From Scyliorhinus canicula (lineage: Eukaryota): a stretch of 64,000 nt of DNA. Under the pieces are notes generated by a model. The model searched no databases and was not told the origin of the DNA. It saw nothing but the letters and a program-made list of their open reading frames with translations. The stretch is taken from the NCBI RefSeq assembly GCF_902713615.1, contig NW_024056013.1:1-64000 (forward strand), written 5' to 3'. This document shows, one piece after another, positions 12,120 through 25,128 of this stretch; position 1 is the stretch's first letter; each line of letters opens with the position of its first letter. A program made the position numbers and the translations under genes.

Positions 12120-12810
12120 AGCCTCTATAAAGACGGCGGCCGTTAACTCAGGCCTGTCACCGGGAGCAGGCCACAGCTGTCCCCCCGCTCGATGCCAACC
12201 CCCGGCCAGGCGCAGCATCGGCATTGCGCATGCTCCACCTCACCATGCCCAGGGAGTGATTGACGGCAGTTCTGGGACAATAGAAAGAGAGGGGCGGGAC
12301 TGGAGGACCGAGTGGTTGCAGCGAGTCCTCCAACCAATCGTAGTAAAGGAGGGGCGGGGCTGAGCGCGGTCTCCCACGTAAAATGGAGCATGCGCAGTAC
12401 CATTGAAGTCTCACGATTCAGGCGGTCGGGTGGAAATCTTGATCCGGTCAAATTCGGTTTGGTGAGTCATGGGGGAGGGATGGAGCCGGCGGGTGCAGCG
12501 GGAGGCTTCATAAACACTCCGTAGAGGCCCAAAGCCCCGAATATGAAGCTCGGACACGGCAGCTGAACCGGCGAAAGCTGCTCGGGCTTTTCCCCGAGAC
12601 AGGCCCGGGTGGCCGGGCGCATGCGGAGGGAGCGAGAGCCCCGGCTTTGCTCCACCTATCAATCACTCTGATTGGCTGGAGGACCAGCCGCTCTTGTTCG
12701 GTCTTCCAGCCCCGCCCCCTCTTCCTATTGGTCCGAACCTGCCGTCAATCAGTCCCCGGGCAGTGTGAGCTGGAGCAAACCCTTCACCATCATTGTCAGC
12801 TCCCTGGTTT
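12120..12810. promoter_or_regulatory. CpG-island, probably bidirectional ZNF promoter
   Basis: CpG-rich; CCAAT/ATTGG boxes, GGGGCGGG boxes, NRF1-like GCGCATGCG; lies between divergent ZNF loci. Confidence 0.75.
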
Positions 12811-13976
12811 GCAGGAAACTGGGAGTGGAGGAAATAAATGGTGCAGATGGTGAGATGGGTTTGGATTTCAGCCCAGGGAGGAGGGGTGTGTGGGACGGGG
12901 ATTTACAGCTTTGGGGGAACAATAGAGAAAAAAATATGTTCCAGAGAAACTAGAATTGCCTGTTCAGAATTTCTATCCTGGACTGACAGTGATAGCTTTT
13001 GTAAACTCCTTTTACAGGGGGTTAGAATTGGAGAATTTGCACACAACAAACAACCCAACAGAAAGGTTTGTCTCTTTGTGAATTCCATCCTGCATTGACA
13101 GTGATGACTTGTGTAAAATGAGAGATTACAGCTCTCAGGAAAGATTAAATGGAGTGGGGCCTTTTTCTATCGACAACAACAAATTAAGCATTGACCTGCT
13201 ATAAATCTTTTAAATTATCAGTAGTTTGGAGAGGGGCAATGTGAGAGAGTGACCATCAATAAACAACCAGTCATCAATGCAAGAAAGTTACGAATAAAAT
13301 CCAAGTGAATAATACAGACAAAATTATTTATCACGGGTTCAGAATGTGCAACTCATTACCATGGAAAGGAGTTGAGGAAAGTGCTGAGATGTTTTCAAAA
13401 GGAAACGGGACAAGCACATGAGAGAAAATGGAATCGAAAATCAGCTGAAAGGCTGAGATTTGATAGGTGTGACAGTTGGAGATGTATGCCGAGTATTGAC
13501 AGCAGCAGAATCTGTGACAGAATGGCCTGGTTGTATCTTGTATATTCACAGTAATTCAATGTAATCTCCTTTTACAGAATATTTGCAGTTGCAAACATCA
13601 TGTTGAGATCTGACACAGTCACTTGATTCATCAGGACCGGCCTTTCAACGTGGAAGGAGAAATGTTTGTCTGTCTTTGGGAAAGCACCGAGACACAGACA
13701 TCTAAGTAATTTTCCACAGTTAGCTGGAACTGTGCTTTAACCAATCACACAGCATGCAATTAAATTGCAGCATTTACATCAGGGAGACATCTTACTCAGG
13801 CTTCAACTGATGATCCAAGTTGGAGAGACATAAGGACATTCGCACCAAAGGAATCAAGAAGCAGCAATAGGACATTCAGCCCCGTGAGCCTGTTCCACCA
13901 TTTAATAACATCACGGCTGATCTGATAGTGACCTCAAATCTGCATCCCACCTATACCTGATAACCCGTCGATAACC

Positions 13977-15335
13977 ATGGAGAAACCGTGGAAATGTGGG
14001 GACTGTGGGATGGGATGCCATTCCCCGTCTGAATTGGAAACTCATCAACGTATTCACACTGGGGAAACACCGTTCGCCTGCTCTGTGTGCGGGAAGGGAT
14101 TCACTCGGTCATCAACCCTCCTGACACACCAACTTGTTCATACTGATCAGAGACCGTTTAAGTGTGCTGACTGTGGAAAGAGCTTTAAATGCAGAAAGGA
14201 TTTATTGACACATCAACGTATTCACACTGGGGAGAGGCCATTCATCTGCTTAGTGTGTGGGAAGGGATTCACTCTGTCATCCCACCGCCTGTCACACCAA
14301 CTTGTTCATACTGATCAGAGACCTTTTAATTGTGCTGACTGTGAGAAGAGCTTTAAAAGCAGAAATAGTTTACTGTTACATCAACGCACTCACACTGGGG
14401 AGAGGCCGTTCACCTGTTTGGAATGTGGGAAGGGATTTAATGCTTCGTCAAAACTCCGGGCTCACCGTCAGGTTCACTCTGACCAGAGGCCGTTTAAATG
14501 TGCTGACTGTGAAAAGAGCTTTAAAAGCAGAAAGAATTTACTGACACATCAACGCACTCACACTGGGGAGAAGCCATTCACCTGCTCCGTGTGTGGGAAG
14601 GGATTCACTCAGCCATCATTGCTCCTGAGACACCAACTTGTTCATACTGATCAGAGACCGTTTAAATGTTCTGACTGTGAGAACAGTTTTAAAAGTGAAA
14701 AGGATTTACTGAGACACCAACGCACTCACACTGGGGAGAGGCCATTCACCTGCTCCGTGTGTGGGAAGGGATTCACTCGGTCATCCCACCTCCTGGAACA
14801 CCAACTTGTTCATACTGATCAGCGACCTTTTAAATGTGCTGACTGTGAGAAGAATTTTAAAAGTAAACCGGATTTACTGAGACATCAACGCACTCACACT
14901 GGGGAGAGGCCATTCACCTGCTCCGTGTGTGGGAAGGGATTCACTCAGTCATCAGTCCTCCTGAGACACCAACTTGTCCATACTGATCAGAGACCTTTTA
15001 AATGTGCTGACTGTGAAAAGAGCTTTAAAAGCAGAAAGGAGTTACTGACACATCAACGTACTCACACTGGAGAGAGGCCGTTCACCTGCTCCGTGTGTGA
15101 GAAGGGATTCACTCGGTCATCCCACCTTCAGCAACACCAGCGAGTTCACACTGGGCAGAGACCGTACTCTTGCCCCGTGTGTGACAAGAAATTTACTCAG
15201 TCATCCAACCTGATGACGCACCAACTTGTTCACACTGATCAGAAACCTTTTAAATGTTCTGACTGTGAAAAAAGATTTAAAAGTGAACAGCATCTGCAGA
15301 AACACCAGCGAGTTCACACTGATACAGAATCATAG
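13977..15335 (+). CDS. C2H2 zinc-finger protein, 16 fingers, alternating two-finger unit
   Basis: Intact 452-aa ORF, accATGg context; TDQRP and TGERP linkers alternate. Confidence 0.92.
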   Translation: MEKPWKCGDCGMGCHSPSELETHQRIHTGETPFACSVCGKGFTRSSTLLTHQLVHTDQRPFKCADCGKSFKCRKDLLTHQRIHTGERPFICLVCGKGFTLSSHRLSHQLVHTDQRPFNCADCEKSFKSRNSLLLHQRTHTGERPFTCLECGKGFNASSKLRAHRQVHSDQRPFKCADCEKSFKSRKNLLTHQRTHTGEKPFTCSVCGKGFTQPSLLLRHQLVHTDQRPFKCSDCENSFKSEKDLLRHQRTHTGERPFTCSVCGKGFTRSSHLLEHQLVHTDQRPFKCADCEKNFKSKPDLLRHQRTHTGERPFTCSVCGKGFTQSSVLLRHQLVHTDQRPFKCADCEKSFKSRKELLTHQRTHTGERPFTCSVCEKGFTRSSHLQQHQRVHTGQRPYSCPVCDKKFTQSSNLMTHQLVHTDQKPFKCSDCEKRFKSEQHLQKHQRVHTDTES

Positions 15336-15652
15336 AATTTACAGTGCAGAAGGACGGCATTCGGCCCATCAAGTGCGCCGGCCCTTGGAAAGGGCACCTT
15401 ACTTAAGCCCATACCTCCAACCTAACCCATAATCCCACCTCACCTTTTTGGACACTAAAGGCATTTTAGTATGCCCAATCCACCTAATCTATACATTTTT
15501 GGACTTGTGGGAGGAAACTGCAGCACCCGGGGTTAACCCACGCAGACATGGGGAGAACGTGCAAACTTCGCGCAGACAGTAAGCCAAGCCAGGAATTCTG
15601 GGACCCTGGAGCTTTGAAGCAACAGTGCTAACCACTGTGCTACCGTGTCGCC
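15326..15652 (-). mobile_element. V-domain SINE supplying the stop codon of the 13977 ORF
   Basis: agaatcatagaatttacagtgcagaagg is the reverse-complement SINE tail; head ends at about 15652. Confidence 0.85.
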
Positions 15653-15714
15653 CACATGTGGGAGCGGTACTGGGGAGAGGCTGTTTAACTGCTCCGTTTG
15701 TCGAGATTTAATTT

Positions 15715-16719
<1,005 letters not shown>

Positions 16720-16720
<1 letters not shown>

Positions 16721-17870
16721 CATAGAAAAATAGAAAATAGGAGCAGGATGAGAGCATTTGGCCCTTCGTGCCTGCTCTGCCATTCTTTATGATCATGGTT
16801 TATCATCCAACTGAATAGCTTAATCCCGATTTCCCCTCAACATCCTTTGATTCCCTTTGTCCTCAGTGCTATATCGAACTGCTTCCTGAAAACATACAAT
16901 GTATTTCCTTTAAATCCCACAGGCTCACCACTCTCTGGATGAAGAAATTACTCATCTCTGTCTAAATGGTCTCCCCCGTATCCTCAGACTGCGACCTCTC
17001 GTTCTGTACACTCCCACCATCGGGAAATTTTTTCCTGCATCTTCCCTGTCAAGTCCTGCTAGAATTTTATAGATTTATATTTCCCCCCCCCCCTCATTCT
17101 TCTGAACTCCAGTGAATACAATCTTTTAAAAAAAATTTAGAGTAGCCAATTATTTTTCTTTTCCAATTAAGGGGCAATTTAGTGTGGCCAATCCACCTAC
17201 CCAGCACATCTTTGAGTTGTGGGGTGAAACACATGCAGACATGGGGAGAATGTGCAAACTCCACACGGACAGTGACCCAGGGCCAGGATTCAAACCCAGT
17301 GCTAACCACTGTACCACATGCTGCCAGTGAATACAATCCTAACTGATTCAATCTCTCATACGTCAGTCCCAACATCCCAGGAATCAGTCTTGTAAACCTT
17401 CGCTGCACTCCCTCTAGAGCAAGAACATCCTTCCTTGGATGAAGAGATCAAAATATTCTCACAATATTCCAGGTATGGCCTTGCCAAGGCCCTGTATAAT
17501 AACAGCAAGATATTCCTGCTCCTGCACTCAAATCCGCTCGCAATGAAGGCTAGAATACCATTTACCACCTGCTGTAGCTGCATGCTTACCTTCAGTGACT
17601 GGTGCACAAGGATACTCGGATCTCGTTGCACATTTCCTTCTCCTATTTATGACAATTCAGATAATAGTCTGCCTTCTCGTTTTGCTACCAAACTGGATAA
17701 TCTCGCATTTCTCCAAATTATACTGTATCTGCCATTCATTTGCCCACTCACTCAACTTGTACAAATCACTCTGAAGGATCTCTGCATCCTCCTCACAGCT
17801 CACCCTCCCACACAACTTGTGTCATCTGCACATTTGGAGATATTGCATTTTGTTCCCTCATCTAAATCAT
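16720..17870 (-). mobile_element. CR1/HER1 LINE fragment (duplicate of the 2341 insertion)
   Basis: Same junction and sequence as 2341-3560; LYRALARPYLEYC, QRRFTRLIPG. Confidence 0.88.
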
Positions 17871-18526
17871 TAGGTGACGCAGTGGTTAGCACTGCGGTCT
17901 GACGGAGCTGAGGACCAGTGTTCAATCCTGGCCCCAGGTTACTGTCTGTGTGGAGACACGTTCTCCAAGTGTCTGCAGAAGTGCCACCCCCATAACTCAT
18001 GATGTTCACCTCTATTTACACAATTCACTCGGTTATGCCATCTGCAGTCACACCAGGGAGTTCACACTGGGGATCACTGCAGTCACACCAGGGGTTCACT
18101 TGCTCTCAATGTGCGAAGGGATTTTGTAATTCATCGCACTTCCTGAGACACCAACAAGTTCACAACTGATTACAGGGATTGGATTCTGCTGTTATTGTTT
18201 CTGTTCTCAATTACATCCAGGACTGCATTTTGTTCATTCTGTTGGTCAATGGGGATGGCCAGAGGATTTCTTTCTGCCGGACTGGCTGGTCTCACGGCTT
18301 TGCCTCCAGTGGGCTGATTCTCTCTGAGCCTTCTTGCGAATATCTGGTTTCACATTTCACAAGGATCAAGGAGTAAAAGGGTGTTTGGAGGTTAGAAGAT
18401 GTTTCATTACCATTTCTGTTTGCAAACCCGCAAAATCATGCCACATTGCCATGAAGATGGGCTGTGGTGGTTACATGATTCTTTTGTTTAATTTATCTTG
18501 GTGCTTCTCACAGAAGAAAATTATTA

Positions 18527-19574
18527 TTTTTTTTTAATAAACAATTTTATTGAGGTAGTTTTTGGCTTTATAAACAGTTACAGACATCATCAGAAAGGAA
18601 GCAAAAAAGGCAAAAATGTGCAAACATCCACGTACTTTCAATACTTCCATCGTAACATATTGCACAAGCTCGCTCCCCTCCCACCGGTACTACCCGCCAT
18701 ATTTTCCCTCCTACTCTACTCTACCCCCTCCCCCCACCCCCCTGCTGACGCTCACTCTCCCGCAAAGAAGTCAATAAATGATTGCCACCTCCGGGTGAAC
18801 CCCTGCACAGATCACCTCAAGGCGAACTTAATTTTTTCCATCCCCAGGAAACTCGACATGTCCGCAAGCCACCACTCAGTCTTCGGGGGCTTTGAGTACC
18901 TCCACGCCAATAATATTCGTCGCCGGGCTATCAGGGAAGCAAAGGCCAACACATCGGCCTCTTTCTCCCCCTGGACGCCCGGGTCTTCTGAAACCCAAAA
19001 AATTGCCACCCCTGGACTCATCACCACCCTTGTTTTTAGCACCTGGGACATGACCCCCGCAAATCCCTCCCAGTACCCCCTCAGCTCAGGGCATGCCCAA
19101 AACATGTGAACATGGTTCGCTGGTCCTCCCGCGCACCTAGCGCATTTGTCCTCTATCCCGAAAAATTTGCTCATCCGAGCCACCGTCATATGGGCCCGGT
19201 GAACGACCTTAAATTGGATCAGCCCGAGCCTAGCACATGTCGCGGTCGCGTTTACCCTACTCAGGGCCTCTGCCCACAGCCCATCCTCCATTTCCCCGCC
19301 TATCTCCTCCTCCCATTTAAGTTTCAGTTCCTCTGTCTGGGACCCTTCCTCCCTCATGAGCACCTTATATATACCCGAGACTCTGCCCTCCCCTTCTTCC
19401 CTCCTAGAGACTATTCTGTCGAGGATCCCCATTGGCGGGAGGCGCGGGAAAGATGGGACCTGTCTACGAACAAAGTCCCGCAACTGTAGGTATCTAAAAT
19501 CATTTCCCCTTACCAACCCAAATTTCTCCTCCAAGCTCCTCAAACTCGCGAAGCTCCCTTCCAGGAACATATCA
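18527..19574 (-). mobile_element. L1-clade LINE 3' end, 5'-truncated, 15-bp TSD
   Basis: ORF2 C-terminal zf-RVT-like CARC..HVHMFWAC; poly-T at 18527; TSD agaagaaaattatta at 18512-18526 and 19575-19589; absent from copy A. Confidence 0.92.
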
Positions 19575-21718
19575 AGAAGAAAATTATTAAGGTATGAGGG
19601 GGAAGTTTTCTGAGGTGCACTGGGAAACTACATTAAATAGTATGGTGGGAGACAGGAAATCTCTAATATTTAAAGAATTATTCCAGATTTACTTGGGAAT
19701 CGGTTGGCTGGTTCGTGCTGAGTGACACCAACATTACAGGTTAAATTCCCATACTGGCTGAGGTTAGCCATGGTCCGTGTCAGTATTTATGCTCCACATG
19801 AGCCTCCACTCACCCCTCTACATCTCCCCACCCCCACCCCCCCCCCCAATCAGCATCTCCTTCTATTCCTCTTTACCTTATGTATGTATCAAGCTTTACA
19901 TTCAATGTATTGATGCTGTTCACCTCAACCACTCGCTGTGGTAACGAGTTCCACATTCTCACTACTCGCTGGGTAAAGAGGTGTCTATTGAAATTCCTAT
20001 TGGATTATTGAATCCCTTCATAACCTGAAAGACTTCCATTAGGTCACCCATCAGTCTTCTCTTTTCCAGAAAAAAGCAACCCCAGCCTTTCCTGAGTAAT
20101 AAATGCTCTCAGTTCTGCATATTATGAATCTTTGTTGCACCTTATCCAGTGCCTCTATTTCCTTTTTCTAAATGGAGATCACCAATGTTGACAGAGCTCC
20201 CAGTGTAGTCTAACCCTGATTCTAAACAAGTTGAACATTTCCTCCGTGCTTTTCAATTCTATTCCTCGGCAATGGAACCCTATATGAGGGCTCCACACTT
20301 TAGGAAAGATGTGAAGTTCTTAGAGAGGGTGTAGAGGACATTTACGAGAACGGCACCAGAGATGAGGGACTCCAGGTAGTTGGAGTGACTGGAGCAGCTG
20401 AATTTCTCTCCTGAGATCACAGCATCTGGAGGGTGGGGAATGGGGCCATTCAGCCCTTTGGGACCATGTCGGCTCCCTGTGGAGGAAGCCAGTCTGCCCA
20501 TTGCCCCGGTCTTTCCCCGAATCCCTGTGTGTTTATTTCTCTCAGTGCCTGTCCAATTTCCTATTGAAATCCTTCCATCATCTCTGCATCTCCTACTCTC
20601 ATAGGCAGTAGGTTCCAGGTTGTTACCACTCCCTTTCCATGTACACAAGGCTGCTAGAGCACAGGAGTCTATTTGGCCCATTTTTCCCATGCCAGCTCTT
20701 TGTTCAGCGACCCATTTAATTCCATAGTTCGACTATTTTTTTTTAGAATGTACCAAATTCCCTTTTGGAAGTTACAGTCCAATGAGATTCCAGCACCATT
20801 TATGGACAGTGGATTCCAAATCACAACAACGCGCTGTATTTTACAACAAATGATTGTGTATATGGTGTGTCTGGAGGTTCACAGGGTATTCAAAATGGTG
20901 TCAATGACGTGGTTATTAGACAAAATTAAGACTCAATCTTTACCAAAAAATTGGTGAGGACACCGAGTGTAATATATCCTCATTTGCGAACAATTAGAAC
21001 AAATGTACATTTCTATAAAACCTCTCACTCCCACTGGACCTCCTAAAGTGTTTTAAAGCCAATGGAGTACTTTTGAAATATATTCACTGTTGTAATGTAG
21101 GAAACTGTAAGTACACATGTGTGATCACATTTAGTTTAAAATTGTTATTTTCATTATATAAAAAAAATTTAGAGTACCCAATTCAGTTCTTCCAATTAAG
21201 GAACAACTTAGCGTGGCCAATCCACCTACCCTGCACATCTATGTGTTGGGGTGAGACCTACAAAACCACGGGAAGAATGTGCAAACTCCACATGGCAGTG
21301 ACCCAGGGGATCGAACCTAGGACCTTGACGGCGTGAGGCAGCAGTGCTAACCATTGCGCCACCTTGCTGCCCGTAAATTGTTATTTTCATAGTGTATTCA
21401 CTGGCCTTAGTAATAAGGTCAAGGAAGCCCTTTTATACCTATTACATGTGCCTTTCTGCACCCATTTCACCTTCTGTACCTTTTCTATATTAACTATGTA
21501 TTGATTTCATCGCAAAAAACAACAATTAAATTCAAGTTTATTCAGTCGTGAACATTGATCATCATTAGTGAATTGGTGTATTGGGTAATTATATTGTAAA
21601 GACTAGATATTTATTTTTTAAAAATAACACGATCAACCAAAATGTTTCCAGAAACTGCAGAGCTATCAGAATTTGTTTCAAAAACTAAATTATTCGATCA
21701 TTTTGAGAAGTTATGAGA

Positions 21719-22022
21719 TGTGGTGATAAATCTGTATATATTACATGTACTCAGCAGTGTGCCTCCCACCAGTAGTTGGCATCAGGCATTAGTTAGGTGA
21801 CATCCGACTACCAGCAGAAGGTTGCCAGGCATACACGAGGCCAGTCGCACAGAAGGGTAGTTCCAAGAGACTCTAATGCAACTCTGTGATAACTTGGTCT
21901 GTAGAGCATTCCGATCATTACCTTACCACGTGTACATTAATAAATCATCGTTCTGGCTAATTCCCCAGCGGTTCTGTAGAATCATTGCAATACAAGATCA
22001 CAGAACACAACACGAAACACCA
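21719..22022. mobile_element. Possible small solo LTR (about 300 bp)
   Basis: Absent from copy A; begins tgtggtg, ends cacca, internal aataaa; no clear TSD. Confidence 0.45.
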
Positions 22023-23481
22023 TATTCTGCCAAGAATATGTGGGTAGGCATTGGAGTAATGGAATTGTTACTGTGCAAGTAATCCAGAGACCCAGGTTAA
22101 TGCTCTGGGGATCTGGGATTGAATCTGCCGAGGACAGATGCTGAAATTGAATAAAAGTTTCAAATTAAAAGTCTAATGGTGACATTTGGATTGTTGTGAA
22201 AACTCATCTGGTTCACTAATGTCCTTCAAGAAATCTGCTCTCCTTACATGGCATGGCTACACGTGACTCCAAATCTACAGCAATGTTGTGGCTGATTTGT
22301 AAGTGCCCTCGGAAATAGCCTCACAAAACACGCAGTTCAAGGGCAATTGGAATGAGCAGTAAATGCTGGTCCAGCCAGTGACACCCACCTCCCATGAATG
22401 AATAACTTTTAAGGCGGCTCATTGTTCAATCTGAAGACGAGTAAGAAACTGTCTCTTTGATTGGATTTGATTTATTGTCACGTGTGCCGAGGTACAGTGA
22501 AAAGTATTGTTCTGCATACAGTCCAGACAGATCATAGAACATTACATTACATTACAGCGCAGTACGGGCCCTTCGGCCCTCGATGTTGCGCCGACCTGTG
22601 AAACCATCTGAAGCCTATCTGACCTACACTAATTAGAACATAGAACATTACAGCGCAGTAGGGGCCCTAGATCGTTCCATACATGAAAAAACAAAGTGCG
22701 GATCTTGGCAGTTTGCTCAGTTCACAAAATAATTTAATGGCTTTGTAGATGTAGATTAACATTTTAATCACCATCCGAAACATATCTAATGGTAATGTGT
22801 GCTCATACAGACAGACACAAACGATACTGTAACTGAATTACAGGAAATTAGAGATTTAACTGAACCACATTTTTGAAAGTTTCGGCCTTAATGATGGAGA
22901 AACAGGAAAAGCCACTCAGGGAGATGAGGAAATCCAGGCTCAGTGCGGATTTGCTGTCACCCCTCCTTTCCTATACATGAACGGGATTTAGGCTGCAGAA
23001 TGTTTCACACCAAAACACAGAGGGGTCAAATATAAGCAACACATAATTCTCAATTCACTTCCATTTAACTATATTTGACTTTGTTCAAAGGCTGACTGGT
23101 CAAACTGAACAAAGCACCATGGGATTTCTGTTACCCAGTGACACACTTTCTTTTGTTGGTCAGTCATGTTTGCAATTCAATGGCAAATATTTCAGAGTGA
23201 AGACTCGAGAGCCATTCAATTCAAAATGAATTCATATATAACAAACAAATAAACTGACGTTCCACGTTGAATAATGAAACAAATATAGAGTAAAATTGGT
23301 GGAAACTGTCTGTCGGAAGTTAAGAATGATGCATTAATGATTGAACAGAGAGCATTGTTCCATTAGATATTTACTGAACAAATGCTAAAGTTCAATATAA
23401 GTTCTATATCTTATGGCCTGATGAGTTGAGACATCTGGTTTAAAGGAAAAACTGTCTTCATGTAATCAGTGACCTGGCCTC

Positions 23482-24957
23482 TGTAATTAATTTTATGGAA
23501 AGATGTGTCATTTGAAACATGGAAGTCTGGCATATCTGGTCTGAGAAAAACATGAGAGAATGTAGGGCAAGATGCCACAAAGGGTTAACAGCAGCTGCAA
23601 AAAGCAGGATTATAAAATGCAGATTCTTTCTCCCAAACAGGCTTAGCAAACACAGGATTTTTGTATGAAGCTAAAAACAATGGTTCACACCTTCATTGAA
23701 AGTAACTATTTTAGTAAGCATCTGGAAAAGCATGGATGAGGGTTTCAATTGAGCTAGGTGATAAATGTAAACCTTTCAAGTTATAACCAAGTGGATTTTA
23801 GCATTACGTTAAAAGCAATGATTCACACCTTCATTTAAATTAACTCTCTTAGTAAGCAGCTGGAAAGGAAAGGATGAGGTTCAGTTGGATTTGTTTAGAA
23901 TTCTAGGTGTGAGGTTCTGCCGATATCAGGTAAATTAAAGAAAATTGGAGACTATCAGTCTACGAGAAACATAATTTAAAGCCAAAATCAAAATTATGAG
24001 CTGGGCACACAATTGGAAAATAAAACTATAGAAATGACAGGAATTAAAAGTAACACATATTGAAACCAAAGCATTTTTGAATATCACAAAGGAACTTTGA
24101 ACATCACAAAGGAAACAATGTAATCAGAGACCTGAGAGGTGAGGTCATGTCAAAATGAATACTTAGTTGTACTAGAATGTTTAGATCAAAGATACTTTTA
24201 ACAATCAAAGTGAAATAAAAGTTACTTTACAATAAAGTCATAAAAACTTAATAACTGTTAGAAAGAGAATATAAACCCAGAGACCAGAACAGGAACTAGC
24301 AGAAGCAGAGGGAGAGAGAGAGAAGCAGAGAAGGAACAAGAGAAGCAAGCAGTCAGCTCGGTCATTGGAAAGATAAGACATAGCAGCCGAGCTAAAACAG
24401 CTAATACATCTAAGGAAGACTAGAATTTAAAGAGGAGGCAGAGTCAGCTCAGAGATAGCCAGCTCTCACAGCTCGGTACATGGGAAAGATAGGACATGGC
24501 AACCAAGCTCACCAGCGAAGACATTTAAAGTAGACCAGATTTTAAAAAGAAGGTTGATTGTCAAGTTGGGCCTGAAGGTCCCTTCAGCCAACCAGAAGGA
24601 TCCAGAAGCAAGATCTTTTTACTTTTCTGTAAAGACAGTGATTGCATCTTCGAAAAGAAAAGAATAATAATAAAATAACTTAAAAGTTTTAACCTGAAAC
24701 AATGGTTATTAGCCTACTCTACTTACTCAGCAACGCAGGACCCAGGATATCAATGCTACTGAGGGGTAAGTAGGTAAAATTCTTCGGTGAAGGTATGGGT
24801 TATACCGGGGATAATTTGAAAATATAGTTTGACCTGAATAGCACCTACCAAAGCTTGCATCGGAGTCAGGGAGTGAGAATCCCTTTTCGCCATTTAGAAT
24901 ATCGACCCTTTTTGGTACAGAGGGAATTCTAAGAACAGTGGTGAGTTTTCAACAACA
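23482..24957 (+). mobile_element. Solo LTR, 1476 bp, 4-bp TSD
   Basis: TGTAA...CAACA termini; cctc on both sides (23478-23481, 24958-24961); TATAAA 24270, AATAAA 24669; empty site at about 8645. Confidence 0.85.
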
Positions 24958-25040
24958 CCTCTCAGCTGAAGCATTGAAAGCTGCAGCAAGACTGTGCAGT
25001 TGCATGTTGCACAGGGCCATTGTGTACTGTGCTGCCAGCT

Positions 25041-25112
25041 GAATCTGTAGCGTAGAGGTTATCACATTCACCTAACGAGTGAAAGGTGTCTGATTCTAAA
25101 TTGGCCGAAGCA
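25041..25112 (+). pseudogene. tRNA-Val(AAC) pseudogene (duplicate)
   Basis: gaatctgtagcgtagaggttatcacattcacctAACgagtgaaaggtgtctgattctaaattggccgaagca; B-box destroyed. Confidence 0.75.
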
Positions 25113-25128
25113 TTAAATGCTTCTGATT

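Noticed and set aside
12810-13976. KRAB, SCAN or PR/SET (PRDM9-like) exon upstream of the arrays
   Set aside because: No such motif in any ORF, and in-frame stops precede the ATGs
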